Counted from the first letter of the stretch, positions 9,263 through 19,425 are shown. The stretch: DNA of 64,000 nucleotides from Nitrosopumilus sp. (GCA_965207075.1 CBDBLO010000002.1:1184001-1248000); one strand, 5' to 3'. Numbers and translations are program-made. Notes: generated by a model not told the origin, from the letters alone.

Positions 9263-9526
9263 ATGCAGTGCGTGAACCTGCTCGACCTGTCATTTCCCGA
9301 CCGCTCCCTCGGCCTGAAGCCCTATGAGAAGGACGCACTCAACGGCATCTATACGTTGGCCGCGGCGGCCCGCACCAGCAAGTACGAACTGACCGGGATT
9401 GACACCACGGACGGGGAGATGGACGCGTTCATAACGCTGGCGGCCAAACTGGTGCTGCCTTTAGTGCATCCCGACGTCGGGGCCAGGGTGGGGGAGATAC
9501 TCCGGAAGGGGGGGATTGACGCATGA
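9263..9526 (+). CDS. hypothetical protein, tandem paralog 1
   Basis: PY..L..I..TD..K.VL..HPDV motif shared with next gene. Confidence 0.6.
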   Translation: MQCVNLLDLSFPDRSLGLKPYEKDALNGIYTLAAAARTSKYELTGIDTTDGEMDAFITLAAKLVLPLVHPDVGARVGEILRKGGIDA

Positions 9527-9852
9527 ATGCCGTGGACTTGGCCATTGCCGTGACCGAATACAAGCGGGACGGGGACATCGAGCCATATGTCATGATGCCG
9601 CTTCAGCACATCATATCGATGACCTCTGCCGTATCGCAGGGTGTGACACGCCTACAACACGACAGGGCTACAGACGAGCAGGGCGCCGAGATCGTCAAGA
9701 CCATGACCAAGGTCGTGCTTGAATGGCTGCACCCGGACGTCAGGGCCGCCGTGGAAAAGCGGCTGGAGGACGTGGAGGCCAACTGGGAGCAGCGGAAGGC
9801 GGAACATGATGAGGCGCAGAGGGAGGAGCGCGAATATGACGATGATTATTGA
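9523..9852 (+). CDS. hypothetical protein, tandem paralog 2 with acidic tail
   Basis: KVVLEWLHPDV; C-terminal EEREYDDDY; ATGA overlap. Confidence 0.65.
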   Translation: MNAVDLAIAVTEYKRDGDIEPYVMMPLQHIISMTSAVSQGVTRLQHDRATDEQGAEIVKTMTKVVLEWLHPDVRAAVEKRLEDVEANWEQRKAEHDEAQREEREYDDDY

Positions 9853-9922
9853 GGACGCGCCGCTTGGCGGGCTTTCCAGCTGTCCCGTTGACACGTCCCG
9901 CCTGATGAAAGCGGATTGAAAA

Positions 9923-10426
9923 TCAGGCGAACTCCTCAAGCGGCCGCAGCTGCAGCCGGTCCAGCCGGCGCTGTCCCGCAAGCATGCGCCGGTCGTCCGC
10001 CGTCTTGATCTTGTGGCACTTGCTGCAGAGCGTCTGCAAATTATCACGGTCCCACGGGTCGCCGCCGTTGCATATGGCAACGCGGTGGTCGACGTGCAGC
10101 AGGTACGGCACGTACCCGCCGTCCGGACCGGGACCGTCGCCGCACTGCACGCACCTGTACTGGTCGCGGTTCATCACGGCGTACCTGACGGTCGGCCAGA
10201 ACTCGAACTGCTCCCACCACATGTGGCGGTGCTTTTTGCTGCACGCCCACGCGTCCTGGTACCAGCGCAGCCCGCGCGTCATGGGCTCGGCGCCGCACCA
10301 GCACTTGCCGTCGTGCAGATTGCGCAGCGCGGTCTGCAGGTCCATGCCCTCCGGCCAGTTCCACACGATGTGCTCGACCGGCCGGCCGCCGCTTGCAACC
10401 AGTGAGGGCGTCTCATGCCTGTACAT
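9923..10426 (-). CDS. HNH endonuclease
   Basis: RDQYRCVQCG..LHVDHRVAICNGG..NLQTLCSKCHKIKT. Confidence 0.88.
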   Translation of the reverse strand: MYRHETPSLVASGGRPVEHIVWNWPEGMDLQTALRNLHDGKCWCGAEPMTRGLRWYQDAWACSKKHRHMWWEQFEFWPTVRYAVMNRDQYRCVQCGDGPGPDGGYVPYLLHVDHRVAICNGGDPWDRDNLQTLCSKCHKIKTADDRRMLAGQRRLDRLQLRPLEEFA

Positions 10427-10931
10427 CAGCGTATGCCTCCAGCGGCCTTGGTATGTTGTGCTTTTCGCGCTTGCGGCGGCCGGACAGTTCCCGTCTGTCC
10501 TCCGCGGTCTTCTTGTGGTGGCAATCGGAGCACAGCGTGCGCAGGTTGTCCCGGTCCCAGAAGGCGCCGCCGTTTGACACGGCTGTAATGTGGTCCACCT
10601 CCAGCCAGTCGTAGCTCAGTGTCCCGTTGCTGTACTTTTCCACGTGCCCGCACATCTGGCACGTATGCTTGTCGCGCCGGATGACCTCCAGGCGCACCGA
10701 AACCCACCGCTCGAACTGGGACCACCATACGGCGGTGTGTTCCTTGCTGCACGACCACCACGCCGAGTTGCGCGAGGGCTTGCCGCACCAGCACTTGCCT
10801 GCATGTAAGTTTGTCAGGGCGGTATGCAGTTCCATCCCCTCCGGCCACGTCCACACTATGTGCTCGTACGGGCGGCCGTTGGCCGAGCCGATGCATCCCG
10901 CCAGCGAGGGCGTCGGATAACTGTAGGGCAT
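10413..10931 (-). CDS. HNH endonuclease, tandem paralog
   Basis: RDKHTCQMCG..LEVDHITAVSNGG..NLRTLCSDCHHKKT. Confidence 0.88.
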   Translation of the reverse strand: MPYSYPTPSLAGCIGSANGRPYEHIVWTWPEGMELHTALTNLHAGKCWCGKPSRNSAWWSCSKEHTAVWWSQFERWVSVRLEVIRRDKHTCQMCGHVEKYSNGTLSYDWLEVDHITAVSNGGAFWDRDNLRTLCSDCHHKKTAEDRRELSGRRKREKHNIPRPLEAYADVQA

Positions 10932-11513
10932 CTACCGCGCACCCGCCCCGGCCTGCGGCGCGGGAGCCACCACCGTACTGCGGGCGCCCTCGGTCACGGC
11001 GGCATCCGGGGCGTGCCTTGCAGACGGCAGCATGACGACGGCCGTGCGCAGGCCGCTTGTCAGCCACGAGATTGCTTTGCCCCTCTCCATCCAACCACCT
11101 CCTCCCCTGCGCGGGCGCAGGTACCTAGCGCGCTCCCTCACCACTTCGAGCTTTTCGGACTCCAGCATGCCGTGCAGCGGCGGCGGGCCCACTACTTCCC
11201 ACGTGCACCGCCCGCCGCCGTTGTGCGCGGACATCTGCTCCGCCAGCAGACAGGCGTACCGCATGAGTTCCCGGCGCACCCTGCGGGCGTCGCCCCGCAC
11301 GTACGCGTACGTTCCGCCCCGTGCCGTACTGCGCGGCTGCCCCGGCGCGTGGCCGGCGTCGCACATGACGACGGCGGCCATGCCGGCGGAGGTCTCAACG
11401 TACACGACCTTGGCCTCGCGCGCGTGCTGCATGCGGCGCATGGCCCGCATCACCTGGCCGTCCCACACCGGGTACGTCGGCGGGTGCCGCCAGCCGCCGG
11501 CCTTATTTTTCAT
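10932..11513 (-). CDS. hypothetical protein
   Basis: Abuts the HNH gene; minus-strand TTTTAA box near 11535-11540. Confidence 0.55.
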   Translation of the reverse strand: MKNKAGGWRHPPTYPVWDGQVMRAMRRMQHAREAKVVYVETSAGMAAVVMCDAGHAPGQPRSTARGGTYAYVRGDARRVRRELMRYACLLAEQMSAHNGGGRCTWEVVGPPPLHGMLESEKLEVVRERARYLRPRRGGGGWMERGKAISWLTSGLRTAVVMLPSARHAPDAAVTEGARSTVVAPAPQAGAGAR

Positions 11514-11629
11514 ACGCGCAGGGACGCCGGATTGTTAAAAGCCATTCAGTCCGCCCGCGTTTGCCGCCGCACCGCGACGGCTGACTGTTGGCCGGCCTGT
11601 CGGCAGGCAGCGCGCGGCCGACGGCAAGG

Positions 11630-11785
11630 TCAGAAGGTGGCGTCGCAGTCCCTGCACTGCGTCTCGGATGTGTACCCGCCGCAGTCGGTTTCAGGATAGT
11701 AGGTGCGCGTGTTTGTGGAGCTGCATTCGGGGCACTTTGAGCCGCAGTCGCAGGGTCCTGGCGAGCCGCATTCGGAGCATGACAT
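11630..11785 (-). CDS. 51-aa Cys-rich Zn-ribbon microprotein
   Basis: Read by hand: MSCSECGSPGPCDCGSKCPECSSTNT..QCRDCDATF; TATAAA box near 11809-11814. Confidence 0.6.
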   Translation of the reverse strand: MSCSECGSPGPCDCGSKCPECSSTNTRTYYPETDCGGYTSETQCRDCDATF

Positions 11786-12487
11786 GCCTTTGATTGGCGG
11801 GCGTCCAATTTATACCGCGCCGCCCACCGCGGGAGGAAGGCAGATTCACCCGACCTCCGGGCTTGCATCCGCGCATTCCTCATGCACGTCGCGGCGGGGC
11901 GTTCCCCTGGCGCACCGTACCCAGCGCCCGCACACCCTGCAGTACATCACGGGTCACACTCCCAGAAGGGCACCCAGAAGAACCCGCGCTTGCACCCGGG
12001 GCAGACTGCAAATTTCAAATACTTCACGTAGTCTCTCTCCAGTTGGCTGCTCTGCAGCTTGCGCCTGCAGGACACGCAGACCACCGGAACGACGGCCGGA
12101 CCCGCCACGGAGAAATAGATGACCCTGAAGTGCGGACGCCGGCACTGCGGGCAGACGGCATGCTCTGACCTGTTGAGTCCCAGCAGTTCCCCCGCCCCGC
12201 AGGTCAGCCTGCAGAATGCGCACATGACCTGAACCATCAGGCCCCGTCCCCGCCCGGTCCGCACGCGGGACAGCTCCACGTCCGCACGATGCACCCGTGC
12301 TTCTCGACGTCCGTGGGGACCTGCGGTTCCATGCAGGACGGGCAGGGGTGGTTTGAGCGGCCGCGCTCGCGCTCGCAGCACGCGTGGGAGCAGAACCTGC
12401 CGGCAAACGGCCTCTTCCCGGCGGGCAGCGCGAAGCCGCACTCGGGGCACGAGTTTTTCCTGCCAGCGGTTTCTGCGACACCCGGCA

Positions 12488-13009
12488 TCATGCGCCGGCA
12501 GCCTCCCGGTACGCGGCGTCCTCCCACTCCGGTATGATCCACGTGCCGGCCGGCACCTCCTCCCCAAAGTACACGCGCCGCCCTGTCACCTCTTCGCTCG
12601 CGTACGTCAACTTTTTGAACGGCACGGCGATGCGGACGTCCGACGCCCCGCCCCGCCCCTCGAGCGCGCGCAGCACGGCGCGCAGGGTGTCGCCGGTCTC
12701 CAGCACGTCGTCCACTACGAGTATGCGCCCGCCGTCCAGGCGGATGTCCGTTCCCTCCGCCACGCACGCGTCGCGCACTGCGTTCCCCCGCTCGTCGTAC
12801 TTTGACGCCGTAATTCTAGCGAGCCCGGCCCGCGCGTGACACGAGGTGTTCACGCGCACCAACGCCATGTCCGCTGGGATGCGCCCCCCGCGCTCGACCG
12901 ATACGACGACGTCCGGCTCCCAACCGTCGGCGAGCACCCTGTTCATCACTGCATGCATGAGCTCACCCACGTCCGCGTACGACCTGGTCTCACGCGCCAT
13001 GACGGGCAT
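12488..13009 (-). CDS. type I phosphoribosyltransferase (purine PRTase-like)
   Basis: VERGG, PRPP-binding loop ILVVDDVLETGDT, C-terminal WIIPEWE. Confidence 0.88.
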   Translation of the reverse strand: MPVMARETRSYADVGELMHAVMNRVLADGWEPDVVVSVERGGRIPADMALVRVNTSCHARAGLARITASKYDERGNAVRDACVAEGTDIRLDGGRILVVDDVLETGDTLRAVLRALEGRGGASDVRIAVPFKKLTYASEEVTGRRVYFGEEVPAGTWIIPEWEDAAYREAAGA

Positions 13010-14195
13010 TCATCCTATCACGTAAAAACTACCTTTCCGGCGGCGCTGGCAACAGTCAGTAGGCGCCGTCGCCCGCGCCCTCGCGCGCCGTCCATCCCTT
13101 TGCATGGTGCACCCGCTGCGCGTGCTCTGTCATCTCGTCGGGCGTGGCGGCCACGTAGCGGCGGCACTCCCAGCGGCCGCTGGCGCACACGTAGCTGCCG
13201 TCGTTGCGCAGCCTCACCCTGAGCATGCCGTCGGCGTTGAGCGCGTACTGGGACATCACGTCCGCCCCGCGTACGCACCGTCGGGCTTTTTGCGCATCCA
13301 GTCGCTGCCTTTGCTGCCGCCCTCCTCCACGCGCTCGCTCCCCGGGTCGTTCATCACGTCCTGGTGCGTCTTCGTGCAGCCGCAGTCCAGGCACCCGGTC
13401 CCGTGCCCCGACTCGTCGTCGTGCGACGTAGCCCAGTGGCCGCAGGCGCACTTGTATTTGGTCATGCCATCACCGTCCGCCCCAGTCCTTCCCGGTACCC
13501 TCCTTCCACTTGCGGCACGGGTAACAGACAGTGTTGCCGCTGTTTGTCAAAAAATTCTCACCGCACTGCTCGCACGTGGCGGCCTTTTTCCCACGGCCTG
13601 CCGGTATCGGCATCAGGGCTCGCCCCCATGCACTAGGATCACTCTCAGCAGCAGCGCCAACGAACGGAATGAAACGCGGCGCATTTAACCGCCGTACTAG
13701 AGGTTTGTCCAGCAGTCGCACTCCGACGGCACGGTCGACCGGTCGGCGTGCCCGCAGTCTTTGCACTTCTGTACGGTGACCTGCGTGCCGCACTGGGGGC
13801 ACGGCTGCTTTTCATCGTGGATGCGCGGTCAGTGGCAGTTGCTGCACGAGGACGTAAGCGGCATATCCTGACTGCCACCCGGGAAATAAAAGGCCGTCAA
13901 ACGTCCTCATTGCAGGCGGCGCTCCCGTCGCATGGGACATGCCGCACGTACTCATACTTCCAACCGCCCGTGGCTTGGACCGCAGTACCTCCCACCCCAC
14001 TTCCGGTAGCAGTTGCCGCACATGGCGTCGCCACATCCGGCACAGTTCTCGTCGATGCCCTCGCCCATCGTCCCCTCCGGCAGGCCGCAGTCGGAGCATT
14101 TCTCGCTTGGCATCGGTCGCACAGCGCGCGGCGTCTTAAAAAGCGCGGGCCGCCGGATTCTGGGATGCTTTTACACGCGGCGGCGCATGTGGGGC

Positions 14196-14669
14196 ATGCC
14201 GTCCGACCCGCCGTCCGTGTACATCAGCAAGGCCAGGAGGGCGGACGCGCTGGAGTTCTATCAGGTGGAAGCAAAGTGCTTCGAGATGGACGCCAACGAC
14301 AGAGACACCACATACTACTGGACGCCCATACTGGAGCACGAATTTTGTTTGAAGGCAGTCACGGGGGACGCAAAAATTGTTGGCGGCGCGGTCACGATGC
14401 CCACGTACGACAAACGGTGGTATGTCAACTCGCTGTTCGTCCTGCCGGCATACCGGAGGTGCGGCGTCGCCCGCAAGATGATGGACATGGTGGTCGGCGA
14501 GGCGGAACAACGCGGATGCAGTATGGTGCTTGACGTAAAGACCGACCGGCCGCACCTGCTCAAGTTCTACGGCTCGCTGGGGTTTAGCACGTCGTACCGC
14601 TCGGTCGACCACTATCGCGACGGCGAGGACAGGTTCATTATGACCCGTCCCGCACCGGATTCGCGGTAA
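14196..14669 (+). CDS. GNAT acetyltransferase (RimI-like)
   Basis: SLFVLPAYRRCGVARKMM, KFYGSLGF, HYRDGED. Confidence 0.85.
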   Translation: MPSDPPSVYISKARRADALEFYQVEAKCFEMDANDRDTTYYWTPILEHEFCLKAVTGDAKIVGGAVTMPTYDKRWYVNSLFVLPAYRRCGVARKMMDMVVGEAEQRGCSMVLDVKTDRPHLLKFYGSLGFSTSYRSVDHYRDGEDRFIMTRPAPDSR

Positions 14670-14700
14670 TTTTTATTGGACGTCGGCGACTGCTCGCGGC

Positions 14701-14817
14701 ATGGCAGAAGAGGAAGAAGTACGGGACGCGGCGCCCGACATGGAGGAGTGGCGCCGCATGGCAAGCAGTATGATACGCGAGAACAGGGCGGTCTTCGACG
14801 AGCTGGTGGACAGGTGA
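14701..14817 (+). CDS. 38-aa putative Doc antitoxin peptide
   Basis: Read by hand: MAEEEEVRDAAPDMEEWRRMASSMIRENRAVFDELVDR; TTTTAT box upstream; TGATG overlap with doc. Confidence 0.6.
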   Translation: MAEEEEVRDAAPDMEEWRRMASSMIRENRAVFDELVDR

Positions 14818-15224
14818 TGCTTGTCCCCACTGCCGCCCACCTGCTGGCGGCCCACGTTGAGATACAGAGGGCGTACCCCGCGGTGCCCGGCGGACTCGCC
14901 GACACCAGCAGGCTTGCCTCCATAGCGGAGCGGCCGTTCCGCGCGACGTACGGTCAGCGAAGGTACGTCACGATTTACGAACAGGCGGCCTGCCTCATGG
15001 AAGGCATGATCAGGTTCCACCCGTTTCCAGACGGCAACAAGCGCACCGCCCTGCTGGTCGCATCACTTTTCCTTCGCGCCAACGGCATCCGCCTGGCAAT
15101 CGGCACGGACGCGGTGGACTTTGTCGTGGGCGTGGCCAGGAGCGGCGCCGGTACGGAGGACGAAATTTCCGAAATTATGCACCACATGGCCGACTGGCTC
15201 AAGACGCGCAGCACGGCCGCATGA
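14817..15224 (+). CDS. doc: Fic/Doc family toxin
   Basis: HPFPDGNKRTA Doc-type motif. Confidence 0.9.
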   Translation: MLVPTAAHLLAAHVEIQRAYPAVPGGLADTSRLASIAERPFRATYGQRRYVTIYEQAACLMEGMIRFHPFPDGNKRTALLVASLFLRANGIRLAIGTDAVDFVVGVARSGAGTEDEISEIMHHMADWLKTRSTAA

Positions 15225-15245
15225 CGCCGCACGCGTAAGGATCCG

Positions 15246-16142
15246 TCAGTGGGCGGCGCCCGGCCCGTGCTCAAAGAGATTGCGCGCGGCGTCCGCGACG
15301 GCGCTGCCACCGTCCCCGCCAGCCCTCAGCAGCCCCTGCCACACGTTCAGCCGCCCCAGAAACTCGTCAATGTAGTCCCGGGTGCGCGCCTTGAACACCT
15401 GCATGGTGTCCCCCTCGCTCGACGCCAGTATGACGGCCTGTTCCACCAGTACGCCGGACATCTCATAGTACATGGCCATGTAGGCGGCGGCCTGCAGGTA
15501 ATAGTCGTGCACCCACCCGGGCTTTTGCGGCCCGCGCTTTGTCTTGTAGTCGATTATGCTGAGCACGCCGTCGTACTCCGCTATGCAGTCCGACGTGCCT
15601 GCAAGCTGCAGGTTGTCCGAGTGCAGTATGAGTTCGGTCCCGCGCACCATGTCAATGCGGTCCAGATGCGGCAGGAAGTTCTCGTGGTGCGCCCTGGCCA
15701 TCAGCTTGAACGGCTCGTCCGACTCGTCCGGCACCATCCCGCGCACATAGTACTCGTTGAGCTGGTGCGCCTGCGTGCCGATCACTGCAGCCTCGCGCGT
15801 GATGTGGTCGGCCACATCGTACCCGACCCTACGCCTCCAGTCCTCCAGGCCGCGCGCGTCCTCCTCCGATTTGGTCGCGCCGAGTACCGTCGTGACGGAG
15901 GCGTACGCCCTTCCCTCCGGCGTCACGTACCTGTGCCCCGGGGTCATGCGGGCGGGCGCCCCGCGTATGCCGCTGGGAACATACGTGAACCTGCGGCGGG
16001 TTCTGGCCGGTTCTCCTCCTCCCCCCTCCGTCCCGGGCGCGTGGTCCGGCCCGACACCGCCGTACATCTTGGGTATCGGCAGGCGGCCGCCTGACGACGC
16101 GTCAAGCCACACGGCGCCCTCCGGCGCCCTCTCGAGCATCAT
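15246..16142 (-). CDS. PD-(D/E)XK exonuclease, phage-type
   Basis: YASVTTVLG, GTQAH, E, AGTSDCIAEYDG, IIDYKT, YLQAAAY. Confidence 0.85.
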   Translation of the reverse strand: MMLERAPEGAVWLDASSGGRLPIPKMYGGVGPDHAPGTEGGGGEPARTRRRFTYVPSGIRGAPARMTPGHRYVTPEGRAYASVTTVLGATKSEEDARGLEDWRRRVGYDVADHITREAAVIGTQAHQLNEYYVRGMVPDESDEPFKLMARAHHENFLPHLDRIDMVRGTELILHSDNLQLAGTSDCIAEYDGVLSIIDYKTKRGPQKPGWVHDYYLQAAAYMAMYYEMSGVLVEQAVILASSEGDTMQVFKARTRDYIDEFLGRLNVWQGLLRAGGDGGSAVADAARNLFEHGPGAAH

Positions 16143-16414
16143 GCCTTTTTGGACGCCCCCTTGGCGCGTATCTTCGTACTGTATGCCGGCTGCACCTCGT
16201 GGCACTTGGTGCACATCCATAACTCCACGCCGACTGACTGCACGTGCCCGCACGCGCGGCACGTGAGCAGCCTTTTGCCCCTCGTGTCTGTATGGCGCAC
16301 CGCCCGCTCGTCCACAAGCTGCCGCTTCTTGCACGCGCCGCAGTGCCACACCTCGTCGGACTTGACGCACTGCACGTGGCCGCAGTACTCGCAGGCGAGA
16401 TATTTTTTTTCCAT
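16139..16414 (-). CDS. double Zn-ribbon protein
   Basis: Four CxxC pairs in two repeats; ATGA overlap with the exonuclease. Confidence 0.7.
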   Translation of the reverse strand: MEKKYLACEYCGHVQCVKSDEVWHCGACKKRQLVDERAVRHTDTRGKRLLTCRACGHVQSVGVELWMCTKCHEVQPAYSTKIRAKGASKKA

Positions 16415-16475
16415 ATTTTTTCTATATGTTTTCTATAACTTAAGTGTGAGGGAGGCTTCCGGGCGTCAAAGGCGT

Positions 16476-16545
16476 CCGAAAATTCCTACTAATTGATTAA
16501 GCGGAAACAATTCTTTCCGCTTAATCGATTAACAGGAATATTTGG
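16476..16545. repeat. AT-rich imperfect palindrome, 32-bp stem with 6-nt loop
   Basis: Core TAATTGATTAAGCGGAAA-CAATTC-TTTCCGCTTAATCGATTA extended by ATTCCT/AGGAAT. Confidence 0.8.
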
Positions 16546-16605
16546 GGCGGACGGCATGCCCGGGGGGCTGGAACCGGCGCGCGTGGGTTTCATGACGCGG
16601 ACAGG

Positions 16606-16614
16606 AAAAAAAAA
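16606..16614 (-). terminator. archaeal oligo(T) terminator after ardC
   Basis: T9 on the minus strand about 20 nt after the stop codon. Confidence 0.55.
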
Positions 16615-16633
16615 GGGGGGGGGGGTCGGTCGG

Positions 16634-17473
16634 TCAGTTTGCGACCGGCAGCGGCACGGCCATGCCGCGTCCCGCCTCCGCGCACTTGGCGGCGTCCTCC
16701 AGTATGCGCTCTATGGCCTCACACGTGCGGTCAAGCACCTTCAGGCACTGCCTGCCCAGCTTCTCGCCGTCCGCCACGTCGCATCCCGCATACTGCGACA
16801 CGTACATGGCGGTCCACGCGGACACGTCCACGCCGTACATGTGCGCCAAGGCGCACGCCCCGAGCTGCGCGACCGTCTCCTGCACGGGGTCCTGCCCGTT
16901 CCTACGGTCCTCGCGGTCCCTGAGGTCGTACCAGTGCACCAGCTCGTGCAGGTACACGTCGGGAGACTCGCTGCTGAGCGTCATGTGCCCGCTCTTCACG
17001 TCGATGGCGCCGTACTCACCCGCGTGCGTGTTCATGTAGCGCACGTCGATGCCGTTGTACTCGGCCAGCCCGAACAGCGGGGGCAGTTCCCGGGGCTCGT
17101 ACTCCTGCAACGGAGCGCCCTCCGTGTCCTCGTAGCGGAACACCGGGACCGCGCGGAAGCCGACCATGATCTTGCGGTCTTCCTCCTCCTCCCCGTCCCT
17201 CTTGTTCGCGTTCACGAGCAGCGGGGCCAGGATATACAGGGACTTCGCCCCCCTGCGGACGTGCCGCCCTACTTTCTCCCACTGCCTGTAGCCGCGCGCA
17301 TCCGCGGTGCCTGAAAGCGCCACCAGTATGCGGTTGCAGCGGCTCCACTTCGACGACGGGACGTCGCCGGCCTGGATGTACGACTTTGCGATCGCCGCGG
17401 GCAGGTCGCCGGACGCCATGCGCCCGACAAGCCCCTCCAGGACTGTTTTTGCCGTTGATGAATTTCTTGACAT
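16634..17473 (-). CDS. ardC: ArdC-like ssDNA-binding antirestriction protein with zincin domain
   Basis: WSRCNRIL, ARGYRQWEKVGRHVRRG, VPVF..TEG, HELVH and downstream ETVAQ. Confidence 0.82.
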   Translation of the reverse strand: MSRNSSTAKTVLEGLVGRMASGDLPAAIAKSYIQAGDVPSSKWSRCNRILVALSGTADARGYRQWEKVGRHVRRGAKSLYILAPLLVNANKRDGEEEEDRKIMVGFRAVPVFRYEDTEGAPLQEYEPRELPPLFGLAEYNGIDVRYMNTHAGEYGAIDVKSGHMTLSSESPDVYLHELVHWYDLRDREDRRNGQDPVQETVAQLGACALAHMYGVDVSAWTAMYVSQYAGCDVADGEKLGRQCLKVLDRTCEAIERILEDAAKCAEAGRGMAVPLPVAN

Positions 17474-17486
17474 GATATGGTTACGG

Positions 17487-17524
17487 ACTATTAATATTTA
17501 ATAGTTTATCTGATTTTATCAGAT
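17487..17524. promoter_or_regulatory. divergent promoter region with two palindromes
   Basis: ACTATTAA-TAT-TTAATAGT and ATCTGAT-TTT-ATCAGAT between ardC and the TadC-like gene. Confidence 0.6.
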
Positions 17525-17592
17525 TAAGTTTGATGCCGTCCGATACTTTTCCGCTGGTTTGGTGCTTAAACCCATGCGGTATGGGTGGGGGT

Positions 17593-19425
17593 ATGGGTGT
17601 TGGGACGGGCGCCGGTTCCGCGGGCGGCGGGAGGCGCAACGGCAGGAGGGGCGGCAAGAAAAAGAAGAAGGGACAGGGCGGTGTCTCCGTGGGCTCCGTG
17701 CAGGGCGGCGGCCGCACGGTGCGCATACTGATGAAGTACGGGGCGGTGCGCAAGGCCCACGACTGGTTTGCCGAGAGGATCGCGGCCGACGTGCCGGTGG
17801 CGGGCGTGGCGGTGAGCCCGCGCGTAAAGGCGGCGGAGGCCGTCGGGCAGGTGGCATACGCCGCGCCGCCGTCCGTGGCGGCCGCGGTGCTGCTGTTCCT
17901 CATAGTGGGAAGCCCGCTGGCGCTCGCGTGCATGGCGGCCCCCGCCCTCGTATACTTTGCAAGGTTGTACGGGCTGCGCGACAAGATACGCAGGCGGGCG
18001 CAGGACGTGGAGTCCGAACTGTTCTTCTTCGTCATTTTTTGCGACATCATGGAAAAGACCGGCCGCGGGCTGTTCGGGGCGTTTGAGGCGGTGAGGGACG
18101 CCGGTTCGGGGGCCGCTGCCGCCGGCGGCGAAGACCCCGGCGGCAAAAAGGGCAGGAACCTGTTCCCCGCGCTCCACCGCGAGGCCCTGATCATACGCAG
18201 GGAGATGGAGGTGTTCATGAGGTCGTTTGGGGACATGCTCCACGAGCTTGGATACATGCACCCCAGCACGGAGTTCCGCGACTTTCTGCGCGGGTATGCG
18301 GTCTCGCAGAACACGGGGGGCGTCGGCACGGCCGCCTACCTGTCAGAAAAGCTCCGGGAGTACCACGTGGCCGCCAAGATGCGCATGGAGTCCTACGTGT
18401 CCACCGCGGAGATGCTGGCGACCGTGGGCTCGTTCGGCCTGGTGATGTTCCCCATGTTCGTGGTGGTGGGCGGCATCATGATCGACGGCAGCACGCTGCT
18501 GTTCATGTGCGCCTTTGGCATCATGCTCATACCCATCATAATCCTGATGCTGATCAAGAAGGCGTCGGCCGCCAGCCCGGTGCCCGCGCCGTCGGTGAAG
18601 CTGGACAGGCGCCCGCTGATTGCGGCCGGCGCGGCGGGCGCCGCGTGCGCCGTACTGCAGATGGAGTGGTGGGAGTGCGTGGCCATACCGCTGATCGTGT
18701 GGTCCATTGCAAACCACGTCGCCAGCAGGCGGCTCATCGCGGGCGCGGCGGGGCTGGAAAAGTCAATCCCGGCGTGGATCCGCGACATCGGGCAGAAGAC
18801 AAGGTCAAACCCGAGCTTCTTCGCGGCGTTCAAGGCGACGGAGGGCACGGGCGCGTACACGAAGCAGTTCAACTCCGTATTACGCGCCATCAAGTCGCAG
18901 GTGTCGCTGGGCGTCACGATGTCGCAGGCCATGCAGGACGCCCGCACGGGCTCGTGGCTCGCGGACTGTGTGATGCGGCTCATGTCCCACGCGTCAAAGA
19001 GCGGGTCCGTCACGCCGGCCGTATTGGAGAGGCTGGCGCTGTTCGCCTCGCAGTACCTGGAGACCAAGCAGGAGATGGCGAGCAAGACCGTAAACTCGCT
19101 GATGACCGGGTACATGGGGTCGATAATAGTGGTCATGATGCTGCTGATGATACCGAGCATGTCGTTTGACCAGTTCGGCGCCTACGAGGAAATTCTGCAG
19201 ACCGGTGCGTCCGGCGTCAACCTCACGGACCCCACGTACGACCCCGGCTCGCTGGTTGCGGATTTGAACCTGGTGCTCGTGGTGGTGGGCGGTTTCTGCT
19301 CCATGATGCTGGTGACGCAGATAAGGTACAGCACGGTGCTGTACTCGCTGCACACCGGCGCGCTGCTCACGGCCATCACGGCGCTGTTCCTCTATGACAA
19401 GTACGTGGGCGTCTCGCTCGGGTGA
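17593..19425 (+). CDS. FlaJ/TadC-like (T2SS F domain) pilus platform membrane protein; start uncertain
   Basis: Two cytoplasmic domains (ESELFFF..HPSTEFRDFL; EKSIPAWIRD..G) separated by multiple TM segments. Confidence 0.75.
   Translation: MGVGTGAGSAGGGRRNGRRGGKKKKKGQGGVSVGSVQGGGRTVRILMKYGAVRKAHDWFAERIAADVPVAGVAVSPRVKAAEAVGQVAYAAPPSVAAAVLLFLIVGSPLALACMAAPALVYFARLYGLRDKIRRRAQDVESELFFFVIFCDIMEKTGRGLFGAFEAVRDAGSGAAAAGGEDPGGKKGRNLFPALHREALIIRREMEVFMRSFGDMLHELGYMHPSTEFRDFLRGYAVSQNTGGVGTAAYLSEKLREYHVAAKMRMESYVSTAEMLATVGSFGLVMFPMFVVVGGIMIDGSTLLFMCAFGIMLIPIIILMLIKKASAASPVPAPSVKLDRRPLIAAGAAGAACAVLQMEWWECVAIPLIVWSIANHVASRRLIAGAAGLEKSIPAWIRDIGQKTRSNPSFFAAFKATEGTGAYTKQFNSVLRAIKSQVSLGVTMSQAMQDARTGSWLADCVMRLMSHASKSGSVTPAVLERLALFASQYLETKQEMASKTVNSLMTGYMGSIIVVMMLLMIPSMSFDQFGAYEEILQTGASGVNLTDPTYDPGSLVADLNLVLVVVGGFCSMMLVTQIRYSTVLYSLHTGALLTAITALFLYDKYVGVSLG

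Noticed and set aside
11630-11785. TFS/TFIIS mimic
   Set aside because: Only generic Zn-ribbon similarity; the QTRSADE acidic hairpin is absent
15246-16142. Cas4 or CRISPR adaptation gene
   Set aside because: Lacks the four Fe-S cysteines; no cas genes or array in the window
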